The notes: generated from the letters alone by a model not told the origin. Shown: positions 28,567-38,581, numbered from the stretch's first letter. The stretch is 64,000 nucleotides of DNA from Candidatus Latescibacterota bacterium (GCA_965208105.1 OZ242318.1:2560001-2624000); one strand, 5' to 3'. Numbers and translations are program-made.

Positions 28567-29592
28567 ATGGATGGATCCGGAGTACTCCTGCAGGTAAACG
28601 AGTTGAAGAAGCACTTCCCTGTGCGCACGGGACTCTGGGGACGGGTGCGAGCCTATGTCAGAGCGGTAGACGGGGTGTCCTTCAATGTGCGCCAGGGAGA
28701 GACTCTGGGAGTTGTGGGAGAAAGCGGATGCGGCAAGACCACGCTGGGACGGCTTCTCCTGCGCCTGATCGAGGCCACCGCCGGAGAGGTCTTCTTCGAT
28801 GGAGTGGATCTGCTGCAGCTGGACAAGGGGACGATGCGCTCGAGGCGTCGGGAGATGCAGATCATTTTTCAGGACCCCTACAGTTCGCTGAACCCGCGCA
28901 TGACCGTGGGACGCATTATCGGCGAAGCACTGAAAATCCACCGTCTCGCCAGAGGCAAGGATCTTCATCGCCGCGTCAGCCAGTTGCTGGACATGGTCGG
29001 ACTGCCGGCGAGCCATTCCCGGAGGTATCCGCACGAATTCAGCGGAGGCCAGCGCCAGCGCATAGGCATTGCCCGGGCCCTGGCGGTCAGCCCGCAGTTC
29101 ATCGTCGCCGACGAGCCAGTGTCGGCCCTCGACGTGTCGATTCAAGCCCAGATTATCAACCTGCTGCAGGATTTGCAGCGCGACCTGGGGCTGACCTATC
29201 TTTTCATATCCCATGATCTCAGCGTTGTGGGGCACATCTGCGACCGGGTGGCAGTCATGTACCTGGGCCGAATTGTAGAAATGGCAACCCGCGATCAGCT
29301 CTACGCGGCACCCTCCCATCCCTACACTCGAGCATTGCTGTCCGCCGTTCCCGTGCCCGATCCGGGTTCGAAGCACCAGCGCCAGGTACTGCAGGGGGAC
29401 GTCCCCAATCCAGCCGCCGTACCTTCGGGCTGTCCATTTCATACCCGCTGCCCCGAGCGCCGGGATTTCTGCAGCGAGATCGTCCCCGAGCTCGCCAACC
29501 TCGGCAATGGACACCAGGTGGCGTGCCTGTTGCGCTATCCGGATAAGGAAAAACTCCGGGTGGGGGTTCCGGTGGAAGCGGCGGCCGAATAG
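28567..29592 (+). CDS. Oligo/dipeptide ABC transporter ATP-binding protein (OppF/DppF type)
   Basis: [41 protein letters not shown]. Confidence 0.95.
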   Translation: MDGSGVLLQVNELKKHFPVRTGLWGRVRAYVRAVDGVSFNVRQGETLGVVGESGCGKTTLGRLLLRLIEATAGEVFFDGVDLLQLDKGTMRSRRREMQIIFQDPYSSLNPRMTVGRIIGEALKIHRLARGKDLHRRVSQLLDMVGLPASHSRRYPHEFSGGQRQRIGIARALAVSPQFIVADEPVSALDVSIQAQIINLLQDLQRDLGLTYLFISHDLSVVGHICDRVAVMYLGRIVEMATRDQLYAAPSHPYTRALLSAVPVPDPGSKHQRQVLQGDVPNPAAVPSGCPFHTRCPERRDFCSEIVPELANLGNGHQVACLLRYPDKEKLRVGVPVEAAAE

Positions 29593-29625
29593 CTTGGCAC
29601 ACACTCCAAAGAAGAAGAAAAGCTT

Positions 29626-31440
29626 ATGATGACCAAGTTGCGGGAACGCACCGCAATAATCCTATGGATCGTGATTTTCGCCTTCGTCGGCCTGATCGTG
29701 GTAGAGTGGGGGGCCGACTATTCCGGCTCGGGCTCGAACCCCGCCGGCGACGCCGTCGGCGTGGTCAACGGCGAGAAGATCACCCTGAAGCAGTTCCAGC
29801 AGGCTCTGCGTTTCGCCGCCCAACGACAGCGGGCAGCCGGAGAGGCATCAGACCAGGACGGACTCGTGCGAGAGTTGTGGGACGAGTTCGTCCGCGACGT
29901 TCTGGTGAGCCAGGAGATTGAGAGGCTGGGGATCGAGATAACGGACAAGGAGCTCGCGCTCGTCACCAGGACTCAACCTCCGCCGGCGGTGCAGAACATG
30001 GAAGTATTTCAGACCGAAGGAGTGTTCGATCCCGTCAAGTACAATCAATTTCTCAGCGATCCGACCACCTACAGCGATCCCAGGAACAAGTTCTTCGTCA
30101 TGCAGGTCGAAGACATAGTCCGGCAGCAATGGCTCAACTACCGGCTGCAAAACATCCTCAAGGAGACCGTGCAGGTGAGCCCCGCGGAACTGCGGGAGTA
30201 CTTCGAAGACCGCAATGAATTGGCGGAAGTGGAATACCTGTTCGTCCCCTCCAGCTCCATACCCGACGGCGAGGTGACCCTTAGCGAGGGAGACCTGGAA
30301 GCATATTTCCAGGAAAACGCGGAGGATTACCGCCACCCGGAGCAGATCCGCATCGAATTCGTGGCCTATCCAAAGACAGCCAGCGCCGAGGATTCGGCAC
30401 TCGTCGCCAAGGAAATCAGAACCCTGCGCAAGGAGATCCTCGCCGGCGCAGATTTCGAAGCCCTGGCCAAGTCGGTGTCCGAGGACGAGGGCTCGGCTGT
30501 AAACGGTGGCGACCTGGGGGTATTCGGACGCGGACGCATGGTGCAGGCCTTCGAGCAGGTTGCTTTCGAGCTGGAGCCGGGACAGGTCTCCGACCCGGTG
30601 ATGACCCCCTTCGGATGGCACCTCATCAAGGCCGAGGAACGCCTGGAGGAAGGGGGCCAGGAACAAATCCGGGCGCGCCACATTCTCCTCAAGATCAGTT
30701 CCTCCCGCCGGACCCAGGAGTCCCTGTCGGAAAAGGCCGAGGAGTTCCGCGAGGTTGCCGAGAACCTGGGATTTCTCGAGGCCGTCGGGGTTACCGGGAT
30801 GCAGGTTCGCGACAGCGGCTATCTGCAAAAGGGCCAGGCCGTACCCAGTCTGGGGCCCGACACGGCCTGGCTGGTCAACCAGTTCTTCGAAAGCGAGATG
30901 GGAATGGTAAGCCAGGTCCTCCAGAACGAGCGGTTTTTCTGGGTGGCGCAACTGAGCGAGCGCAGGGATGAGGGAGTGGCAGCCCTGGAAGAGGTGCGCC
31001 AGCAGGCCGAGCGCATGGCGCGACTGCAAAAAAAGGCCGAGATCTGCAGCCGCAGGCTGGAAGGGGTGCGCCAGCAGGTCCTGAGCGGCCGCACCCTGGA
31101 CCAGGCCGCGGCAGAGGAAAACCTGGAGGTGAGAAGGCCGGAACCGTTCGCCCGCAGTGAATCCGTTCCCGACGTAGGCCGCAGGAATGCCTTCGTCGGC
31201 GCCGCATTTCGCCTGGAACCCGGGGAGTTGAGCGAGGTCGTCACCCTTCCCCGGGGGGCTTATCTGCTCAGGTCGGTGGACAAGGTTGCCGCCGACGAGG
31301 ACCAGTTCCAGGCCGAGCGCGAGCAACTGGTGCAGCAGCTCCTGATGGAGCGCCAGAACGAGGTGCTGCAGACCTGGTTCACGCAGATTTTCCAATCGGC
31401 CGATATCCAGGATAATCGGCATCGATTCTTCACATTTTAG
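29626..31440 (+). CDS. PpiD/SurA-like periplasmic peptidyl-prolyl isomerase
   Basis: N-terminal TM anchor, SurA N domain and parvulin motif SEDEGSAVNGGDLG...TPFGWHLIK...ARHIL. Confidence 0.9.
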   Translation: MMTKLRERTAIILWIVIFAFVGLIVVEWGADYSGSGSNPAGDAVGVVNGEKITLKQFQQALRFAAQRQRAAGEASDQDGLVRELWDEFVRDVLVSQEIERLGIEITDKELALVTRTQPPPAVQNMEVFQTEGVFDPVKYNQFLSDPTTYSDPRNKFFVMQVEDIVRQQWLNYRLQNILKETVQVSPAELREYFEDRNELAEVEYLFVPSSSIPDGEVTLSEGDLEAYFQENAEDYRHPEQIRIEFVAYPKTASAEDSALVAKEIRTLRKEILAGADFEALAKSVSEDEGSAVNGGDLGVFGRGRMVQAFEQVAFELEPGQVSDPVMTPFGWHLIKAEERLEEGGQEQIRARHILLKISSSRRTQESLSEKAEEFREVAENLGFLEAVGVTGMQVRDSGYLQKGQAVPSLGPDTAWLVNQFFESEMGMVSQVLQNERFFWVAQLSERRDEGVAALEEVRQQAERMARLQKKAEICSRRLEGVRQQVLSGRTLDQAAAEENLEVRRPEPFARSESVPDVGRRNAFVGAAFRLEPGELSEVVTLPRGAYLLRSVDKVAADEDQFQAEREQLVQQLLMERQNEVLQTWFTQIFQSADIQDNRHRFFTF

Positions 31441-31463
31441 TTTTCAGTCAAGGAGGAGAGCAA

Positions 31464-32375
31464 ATGCCAGCGGAGCCCGAAAATACCAGGATCGGATTCG
31501 TCGGCCTGGGAATCATGGGCAGTCCCATGTCGAAGAACCTGATGAAAGCCGGCTACCGGCTGAAAGTATACAATCGCAGCGACCGTCCCGCCGTGCAGGA
31601 AGTGGTGGATGCCGGAGCGGAGCGCGTCGCCACCCCCAGGGCGGCGGCGGAAGGAAGCGATATCACCATAACCATGGTGACGGATTCTCCGGACGTGGAA
31701 GCCGTAATCATGGGCGATGACGGCATTATCCATGGGGCCGGCAGGGGATCGACGGTAATCGACATGAGCACCATTTCCCCGCGGTTGACCCGGGAAATCG
31801 CATCCGCGCTGAAAAAAAAGGGCGCGAACATGCTCGACGCACCGGTCAGCGGGGGCGATGTAGGAGCTATAAACGGCACCCTCTCGATCATGGTAGGCGG
31901 CGACCAGGCGGTTTTCGACGAATGCCTGCCGGTCTTCGAAGCCATGGGGAAAAACATCAACCTGATCGGCGGGCACGGCGCCGGACAGACCACCAAGCTG
32001 TGCAACCAGATTGCCGTGGCGGTGAACAACATGGGCATGGCGGAGGCACTCATGCTGGCTGCAGCCTCGGACCTGGATGTCGCCAAGGTCGTGGACGCCA
32101 TCAGCGGCGGCGCCGCGGGTTCCTGGCAGCTGAGCAACCTGGGGCATCGGATACTGGCAGGTGATTTCGCCCCGGGTTTCATGGTGAGGCTGCAGCAGAA
32201 AGACCTGAAGCTGGTGGTGGGGGCCGCCAACGACGTGCAACTGGCCCTGCCGGGGGTGAGTATGGCGCACCAGTTTTTCAATATCGTCGAACGCGCCGGG
32301 TGCGGGGATGAGGGCACTCAGGCTCTGATCAAGGCCTACGAGCTCCAGGCCAACCGCCAGGCCCGCTCCGGTTGA
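31464..32375 (+). CDS. Beta-hydroxyacid dehydrogenase (3-hydroxyisobutyrate DH / tartronate semialdehyde reductase family)
   Basis: IGFVGLGIMGSPM, DAPVSGG, GAGQTTKLCNQ, KDL. Confidence 0.93.
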   Translation: MPAEPENTRIGFVGLGIMGSPMSKNLMKAGYRLKVYNRSDRPAVQEVVDAGAERVATPRAAAEGSDITITMVTDSPDVEAVIMGDDGIIHGAGRGSTVIDMSTISPRLTREIASALKKKGANMLDAPVSGGDVGAINGTLSIMVGGDQAVFDECLPVFEAMGKNINLIGGHGAGQTTKLCNQIAVAVNNMGMAEALMLAAASDLDVAKVVDAISGGAAGSWQLSNLGHRILAGDFAPGFMVRLQQKDLKLVVGAANDVQLALPGVSMAHQFFNIVERAGCGDEGTQALIKAYELQANRQARSG

Positions 32376-32405
32376 ACGGCACCGTCTCCCCGGGAATGAG
32401 ACCTC

Positions 32406-33197
32406 GTGAAGCACGGGTTTAAAAAGGTCGGAATTCTCCTGCGCGACCAGCAGCAGGCCTTTCCCCTGGGCGAGCTCCAGGGGGCTTTTGCAGAGCAGGG
32501 CATCGGCGTTGTCCTCCTCGACGGCGCAGGCCAACCCCCCCCGGTGGACCTCGTGATGGCGATGGGGGGCGACGGCACCGTCCTGCGCGCCCTCGCCCGC
32601 TTTCCCCGGTGCCCGGTGCTGGCGGTCAATTTCGGCAAGGTCGGCTTTCTCACCGCCGACGACCAGAAGAACCTCGAGCGCATCATCCAACGGCTGATGA
32701 AAGGCAAGTTTCTGATGAGCGAGCGCCTGGCGCTCAACTGCGAGTACCCGGGCGGCGCGGCGCGGGCCATCAACGAGGTGGAAGTGCGCACCATACACCG
32801 CCTGGTCTTCCTGGACGTCTTCGTCGACGACACCAAGATCCGCACCATCGTCGGGGACGGAGTGGTTGTGGGTACGCCAACGGGGAGCACGGGGTTCCTG
32901 CTGTCCACCGGCGGACCCATCGTAATGCCGGACGTGCGCTGCATGATTCTCGACGGAATCAACGAGTATACCTTTTCTTCGCGCGCCCTGATTCTGAATC
33001 CGGGTTCGCGGGTGCGCCTCCATATCAACGAGGAAACCCGAGCACCTCAGGTCTACCTGATCGTCGACGGCCAGCGGCTGTGCCGCCTCGAGCCGGGACA
33101 GGAGGTGCACATCGACCAGTCCCAGGACACGGCCAAGCTGATCTATTTCAAGAAGAACTACTTCTTTCGCAATCTTTCCTCCAAGCTTTCCTGGTGA
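32406..33197 (+). CDS. nadK: NAD(+) kinase
   Basis: GGDGT, GKVGFL, AINE, GDG and TPTGSTGF..STGGP motifs. Ends LSSKLSW. Confidence 0.9.
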   Translation: MKHGFKKVGILLRDQQQAFPLGELQGAFAEQGIGVVLLDGAGQPPPVDLVMAMGGDGTVLRALARFPRCPVLAVNFGKVGFLTADDQKNLERIIQRLMKGKFLMSERLALNCEYPGGAARAINEVEVRTIHRLVFLDVFVDDTKIRTIVGDGVVVGTPTGSTGFLLSTGGPIVMPDVRCMILDGINEYTFSSRALILNPGSRVRLHINEETRAPQVYLIVDGQRLCRLEPGQEVHIDQSQDTAKLIYFKKNYFFRNLSSKLSW

Positions 33198-33200
33198 GCC

Positions 33201-33827
33201 ATGAAAATCGTCGTGACCGGAGCGGACCGGGCGCTGGGCAGCCTTCTCTGCCACCGTCTCACCCGGTGCGAGGTTGTTCCCGTGGGAGCGTCGGCAGAGT
33301 CGGACCTGAAAGGGTACCGCCGGGTGGACCTGTTCGCCCCCGGTGAGGTGAAATCGGTGCTTGATGGATCCGATGCCGTGGTCCATGCCCTGCCCTTCGA
33401 CCTCGGCGTGGACACCGCCGGAGCGCCGGGGGAAGGAGAATTGCTGGACCTGGCCGCCCGCGGGACCTACGTGCTGGCGACCACGGCCATTCAGGTCGGG
33501 ATTGAACGCCTTGTCCTGCTCAGCAGGATGGATTTGATGGAGGACTATCCCGAAGAGTTCCTGGTGAATCCGGACTGGAAGCCCCTGCCCCGTGCCGAGG
33601 CCGGGTCCCTGGGTCCTTACATGGCCGAGCTGGTCTGCCGCGAGATTGCACGCACCGGCAAGATCGAGGTGGCGTGTCTGCGGCTGGGAGCGCTGGACGC
33701 AGAGGAGGGTACCTCGGGCCCGGATGCGGTTGATGCGGTCAGAGACGCGTTGGAGGGCGTGGGGGAGACCGTGGGATATAACTGGGACCTGCGCCACGTG
33801 GTTTCGAGAGGTCGGTTTGCGCGGTGA
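33201..33827 (+). CDS. Degenerate NAD-dependent epimerase/dehydratase (SDR)-like protein
   Basis: MKIVVTGADRALG Rossmann start, DAVVH, GTY, CLRLG. Lacks the YxxxK motif. Confidence 0.75.
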   Translation: MKIVVTGADRALGSLLCHRLTRCEVVPVGASAESDLKGYRRVDLFAPGEVKSVLDGSDAVVHALPFDLGVDTAGAPGEGELLDLAARGTYVLATTAIQVGIERLVLLSRMDLMEDYPEEFLVNPDWKPLPRAEAGSLGPYMAELVCREIARTGKIEVACLRLGALDAEEGTSGPDAVDAVRDALEGVGETVGYNWDLRHVVSRGRFAR

Positions 33828-33884
33828 ACAGCCCTGTGCGGACCCGTCTCCCCGCGCTCCGTGGACGGCGGGAGGGAGGTAATC

Positions 33885-34688
33885 ATGGCAACCGTTCGTG
33901 AAGGGAAGGTGGTCATCTTCGGCGCGGGAGGGCCTGTGGGGGCAATGGCCGTCCGCTTCCTGAAGGACCAGTACACCCTGCGGGTGACCGACTTGCGCCC
34001 CCTCGAGGAGATCGTCGGCGGAGAGCAGCGCCAGGGTCCCCGGGCTCCGGTTCTGGAATTTCCCGGGGCGCCGCACGAGACCAGAACAGTCGACATCACC
34101 CGCTACGATCAGGTCCTCGACGCGTGCAGGGGAATGGATGCCGTCATCAACACCAGCGTCCTGCGCCAAGACCCGGTCCTGTCATTCCAGGTCAGCATGG
34201 TTGGGGCCTACAATGTCGCCAAGGCCGCCGCCGCCTGCGGGGTGAAGCGGGTGATTCACACCGGACCATTTCACGTCCAGCTCTATCACAACGCGGACTT
34301 CTGGAACGACTTCGACGTCGGCGAGGTGCCTCTGCATCCGGGAGACGACATCTACGCCCTGACCAAGTATCTGGGGGGCGAGATCGTCCGCGTCTTCTCC
34401 GAGCGCCGCAATCTGGAGGTGCTGACTTTCCTCTACTGCCACTTCCGCCCCGGCAAGGTCGACGAAGACGAGAAGGGCAGTGGAGTGGGGCCTTTCACGG
34501 TTTCATGGGAGGACACGGGCAGGGCTTTCCTCTGCGGTTTGCGCGCGCCGGAGATGCCCAGCCCCTGCGAAGTGTTCCTGATCTGCGCTCCTCTGCCCCA
34601 CGGAAAATACCGGGCGGACAAGGCCAGGCTCCTGCTGGGCTGGGAAGCCCGCGACGTATTTGCCGATCTCTACCGCGGCACCAGTTGA
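33885..34688 (+). CDS. NAD-dependent epimerase/dehydratase (extended SDR)
   Basis: VIFGAGGPVG, GAYNVAKAA and YALTK catalytic motif. GGGAGG SD. Confidence 0.88.
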   Translation: MATVREGKVVIFGAGGPVGAMAVRFLKDQYTLRVTDLRPLEEIVGGEQRQGPRAPVLEFPGAPHETRTVDITRYDQVLDACRGMDAVINTSVLRQDPVLSFQVSMVGAYNVAKAAAACGVKRVIHTGPFHVQLYHNADFWNDFDVGEVPLHPGDDIYALTKYLGGEIVRVFSERRNLEVLTFLYCHFRPGKVDEDEKGSGVGPFTVSWEDTGRAFLCGLRAPEMPSPCEVFLICAPLPHGKYRADKARLLLGWEARDVFADLYRGTS

Positions 34689-34784
34689 AATCCCACCTGT
34701 AAACGGAAGCGCCGCGCACGGGCGCCGACGCGCTGAGTGCTTGCGGCGATGCCCTCGCGCCGGCGGATCAGCGCCCGTTTCCCA

Positions 34785-36299
34785 TCAAATGATACCTACC
34801 CTGTCACTGCTGCAATCCTCCAGCCTTTCCAGGGGAACCACCAGGTTGAGTTCGCCCACCTGAGCGGGACTGAGGCCGATCAGGCCGTCCACCAGGGTTA
34901 GAAACCGCTCCTGCTCGCCATCCTCCGTCAGACCCGCTGCGAGGGTGCGCAACTTGTCGACATAGTGGGAGCGCTGAAACGGCCGCGCACCGAGATAGTG
35001 AGCGTTGGGGTTGTCGAGGCGCTCGACGATCCGGGCGCCGCCCTCGAAATGGACCACCACCTCCGCTCCAAACTTCTTTCTTTGCGGATCCGGATCCAGG
35101 TATTCCCGGGTCCATGCCTCACTTTCCTCGGTGCGGATCTTGTGCCAGAGCCGGACCGTGGAAGCACGATGCGCGCGCTCGCGGCTATAGCTCGCCTCGT
35201 GGTGCCAACTCCCGTCTTCCCAGGCGACCGCCAGAATGTACATGGCGCTGTGGTCGAGGGTCTCGCGCGAAGCGTCCGGGTCCATCTTCTGCGGGTCGTC
35301 GGCACCTGTGCCGATGACGTTGTGAGTGTGGTGGCTGGTATGGACGACGACCTCCCTCACCCCCTCCAGGTCAAGCTGGCGCGCGTGCAGTTTGAACCCG
35401 ATGTCGATCAAGGCCTGGGCCTGGTACTCGGCGGAGTGCTCCTTGGTGTAGGAGCGCATGATGAGGCGTAGAGGCTCTCCCGCCTCCGGCAGGGGGACCC
35501 TGTACTCGGTCTCGGGACCGCCGAGCATGGTGGCGATTACGGCGTCGCCGCCTTCGTAGATGGGGGACGGTGCGCGCTCGCCCAGGCGCGCGCGGCCGAC
35601 GGCTTCGATGGCGGTCTTGCCGGTCTGGGCCGGTGCATAGGCCTTCCAGGAGGTGATATCGCCCTTGCGGGACTGGCGCGTCGCCGCGCCCAGGTGGACG
35701 CTCTGGTTTATGGCCTGGAAGATCTGCTCCACCGGCAGTCGGAGAAGAGTCCCCAGACCGGCCGCGACGGCGGGGGCGAGGTGGGCGACGTGGTCGATCT
35801 TGTGCTCGTGCAGGCAGATTCCGGTGACCAGGGCCATCTGGGTTTCGTATGCCGTCAGTATGCCCAGAACCAGGTCGCGGCCGCCGCAGCCGGCCTGTTG
35901 AGCCGCGGCCAGGAGGGCGGGAATGGTGTCGGCGGGGTGGGAGTAGTCGGCGGCAAGGTAGCAGTCGTGCATGTCGAGCTCGCGCACCGCAACGCCGTTG
36001 GCCAGGGCTGCCCACTCGCAGTGGAAGCTGCGATCGCTGCCCAGCCCCAGGAGACGGGCGCCTTCATTGCGGGGGTGTGGGTATCCCAGTGCGAGCAGGC
36101 GGGCGCGGCGAACGGGAACGCGGTTGATGGCGGCCATGGCCACGGCGGAGTTGTCGATGAGGCGGTTGCCGATCATCTCCACGGCGTCGGCGTCGGCGTC
36201 CCGGTTGCGCGCGGCCATGGAGGCGATCTTCCAGGCCAACTGCTCTTCCCTGGGCAGGACATTGCCCGCGGGATGGGTTCTGACCTTCGCAAGTGGCAT
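34785..36299 (-). CDS. prpD: MmgE/PrpD family protein (2-methylcitrate dehydratase-like)
   Basis: ANGVAVRELDMHD..LAADYSHPAD, HKIDHVAH, ISSWK-like ITSWKAYAPA, KEHSAEYQAQA, RETLDHS. Confidence 0.88.
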   Translation of the reverse strand: MPLAKVRTHPAGNVLPREEQLAWKIASMAARNRDADADAVEMIGNRLIDNSAVAMAAINRVPVRRARLLALGYPHPRNEGARLLGLGSDRSFHCEWAALANGVAVRELDMHDCYLAADYSHPADTIPALLAAAQQAGCGGRDLVLGILTAYETQMALVTGICLHEHKIDHVAHLAPAVAAGLGTLLRLPVEQIFQAINQSVHLGAATRQSRKGDITSWKAYAPAQTGKTAIEAVGRARLGERAPSPIYEGGDAVIATMLGGPETEYRVPLPEAGEPLRLIMRSYTKEHSAEYQAQALIDIGFKLHARQLDLEGVREVVVHTSHHTHNVIGTGADDPQKMDPDASRETLDHSAMYILAVAWEDGSWHHEASYSRERAHRASTVRLWHKIRTEESEAWTREYLDPDPQRKKFGAEVVVHFEGGARIVERLDNPNAHYLGARPFQRSHYVDKLRTLAAGLTEDGEQERFLTLVDGLIGLSPAQVGELNLVVPLERLEDCSSDRVGII

Positions 36300-36300
36300 C

Positions 36301-37089
36301 TCAGACCGAGTAGACTATGGACTGGTTGTAGGGAATGATCAGAGGCCGGGGGCCCCCGGCCGGCAGGTGGGCAGCCCACTCCAAAGGATCGTAATTGCGC
36401 TCGACGAAGCAGCCGTAGTGGGCGGGAACGGCGGCTCCGAGGCCGAGGGACGCGGCCATCTTGGCCGATCCGGGGAAGAAGGGGAATTCTCCTTCGCTCG
36501 GATGGGTGGTGAGCAGGCCGATGTGGGGCTCGAGGCGGCGGATGGGCTGGAGCAGGGACTCGTGTTCGGCAAAGGTATTGATCGGGTCTCCGGAGAGATA
36601 GAGGCGCACGCCGCCGCTGTCGATGACGTAACCCAGGTGGCGGACACCGGGTGCGGGGATCCCGTCCGCTGCAACTCCCCCGGGCGGCTTCGCCCACACC
36701 GCGTGCGCCTTCATGGATCCCAGATCGGCCTCGTCTCCCGCGGTCAGGACGGTGTAATCCACGGCAATGCCGGCTTTGCGCAACTCCCCGGCACTCTCCT
36801 CGGGGCCCACGCAGTGCACCCGGGGGAAGGCCGCCTGAATCCGCCCGATCGACTCCGGGAAGGTGTGATCGAGGTGGTTGTGGGTCAGCAGTATGTAGTC
36901 GGTGCGCAGGGTGGCTTCGTCCAGCGGCGGCCGCAAATGCACGAAGCGGCCGGCGGGGCGCTCCCTGGGAAAGTAGGGATCCACCTGGACTATGGTGCCG
37001 CGCGGAGACTTGAGGGCATAGCTGCTCTGTCCGAACCAGTGGATCCCGATGGCTTGCGGGGGAACGACGAGATCTTCGAAAGGATGCAT
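36301..37089 (-). CDS. MBL-fold metallo-hydrolase (UlaG-like)
   Basis: HWFGQS, VDPYF, THNHLDHT, YLSGD, PAHYGCF. Confidence 0.88.
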   Translation of the reverse strand: MHPFEDLVVPPQAIGIHWFGQSSYALKSPRGTIVQVDPYFPRERPAGRFVHLRPPLDEATLRTDYILLTHNHLDHTFPESIGRIQAAFPRVHCVGPEESAGELRKAGIAVDYTVLTAGDEADLGSMKAHAVWAKPPGGVAADGIPAPGVRHLGYVIDSGGVRLYLSGDPINTFAEHESLLQPIRRLEPHIGLLTTHPSEGEFPFFPGSAKMAASLGLGAAVPAHYGCFVERNYDPLEWAAHLPAGGPRPLIIPYNQSIVYSV

Positions 37090-37118
37090 GGCGTTTCTCT
37101 CCGGGCATTCCAGCCTTG

Positions 37119-37188
37119 TTGTCCGTGTGCTGCACTCCCCGTATATTCTTCCCGAATTAAGATAGTCTCTCTTCGGCCGCCGGACCAA
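37119..37188. promoter_or_regulatory. Overlapping divergent sigma70-like promoters
   Basis: Plus strand TTGTCC-17-TATATT (37119-37147). Minus strand TTGGTC-18-TATCTT (about 37188-37159). Confidence 0.45.
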
Positions 37189-37243
37189 GGAGAAAATCCG
37201 CGTCTCCCACATGGAATTTCAGGGGAATCGAGAAGCCGCAGAC

Positions 37244-38527
37244 ATGAGTACGATGACTCTTTTTGACAGCACCTACGAAAAGCGCAAGGGAGCTCTGCTG
37301 GAGCTGGTGCTGCAACGACTGCAGCCAATCTATTCCAGCGAGGAACTGGAGGCGCTGCAGATCGACCCCATCGACCCGGCCATACTGTCTCAGCGGTCGG
37401 GGCGCGGTTTCGTCAACCGCGATATTCTTGAGACGGTGCTGGGCAACCTGCTCGAGTGCGTGGCCCCGGGGTCGCACAACGCCCTGGACAGCCGATACCA
37501 GAAACGCGAAGTGGGCGCAGTCGTCGAGGAGATGGCCGACCAGCTCTATGCCATGATCGCCCAGTCCCTGCTGGCGGCAGGAGAGGAGAAGGCGGTGGAG
37601 GAAAGAGCATTGCTGGCCAGCTTTGCCTTGCTGTGGGAGATGCCGGTCCTGAAGGAGCGGGCGCGCTGGAACCGCTTCGCTTCGTTGAAAGACCCGGCGG
37701 TGTGGGACGCCTACCTGCTGCACCGCTGCGGAATGTCAGATTCAGAGCTGTCCGGTCTCGAGTTCGGCTCCCATATCGAAAGAGCCATCGAGGAGCGCGA
37801 TATCGATCTCTACCGCAGCTTCCTGGCGACCCTTGACTGCGAGTTCGTCTTCTCCTACCAGATGCAACTGGTCATGAGCACCTATCCCGGCTGGCGCGTG
37901 CTGTTCTACCACGACATCGCCCACGCCCTTACGCGCTCTGGCGAGGTGGAGGACAATCCCCGGCTCAGCTACACCCCCGTGCCCCTCCTGCCCCGTGCCA
38001 TCGCCGAGCTGGGCGGACGCTACTACCAGGCCGACCTCCATCCCGAGACCCGGATCGGAGACGCCAACTTTCTCGATCACCCGCACCGCGGCATCACCAC
38101 CGGGCAGACCGGGATCATCGGAAGGGGATGCCACCTGTTGCCCTGCACCATGGGCGGACTGAGCGAGAAGGTGCAGCAGCGCCATCCGGTCATAGGGGAC
38201 CATGTCTTCATCGGCACCGACGCCGGTCTCTTCGGCCCCGTGGTGATCGGCGACCGCTCGATAGTGGGACCGAATGCGGAGATGCGCGGCCTCGTGGAGG
38301 TGGGACCGGGGTGCCACATCGGCTCATCGGTGGTCATCGCCACGGTCAAAAGCGGGGACCGGACGCCGGGAAAGGTCCGCCTGGGAGCGGGGGTGGGCAT
38401 AGGCGACGGGACCATCGTCGAGAACTTTTCCGAACTCGACCTGGTCCTGCCGGAAAAAGGCGAGATCCCGGCCCGCAGCCACGTGACCAACGACGGATTC
38501 GGACACCCGCGACTCGTGCGCGAGTGA
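37244..38527 (+). CDS. Serine O-acetyltransferase (CysE/EpsC)-like protein with long N-terminal domain
   Basis: YPG..LFYHDIAHAL, VPLLPRAIAE, DLHPETRIG, LDHPHRG and QRHPVIGDHVFIG, followed by hexapeptide repeats. Confidence 0.72.
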   Translation: MSTMTLFDSTYEKRKGALLELVLQRLQPIYSSEELEALQIDPIDPAILSQRSGRGFVNRDILETVLGNLLECVAPGSHNALDSRYQKREVGAVVEEMADQLYAMIAQSLLAAGEEKAVEERALLASFALLWEMPVLKERARWNRFASLKDPAVWDAYLLHRCGMSDSELSGLEFGSHIERAIEERDIDLYRSFLATLDCEFVFSYQMQLVMSTYPGWRVLFYHDIAHALTRSGEVEDNPRLSYTPVPLLPRAIAELGGRYYQADLHPETRIGDANFLDHPHRGITTGQTGIIGRGCHLLPCTMGGLSEKVQQRHPVIGDHVFIGTDAGLFGPVVIGDRSIVGPNAEMRGLVEVGPGCHIGSSVVIATVKSGDRTPGKVRLGAGVGIGDGTIVENFSELDLVLPEKGEIPARSHVTNDGFGHPRLVRE

Positions 38528-38581
38528 AGGGTTGCCCCATCGGGAGGACGTGCCGAGACACCTCCCGCCTCGGGCTGTGCT

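Noticed and set aside
31437-34169. 910-aa minus-strand ORF, and similar long antisense ORFs at 43884-45848, 48725-50998, 55867-57675, 11796-13535 and 13373-15235
   Set aside because: They lie antisense to well-supported genes and have no motifs. Such shadow ORFs are expected from high-GC codon bias.
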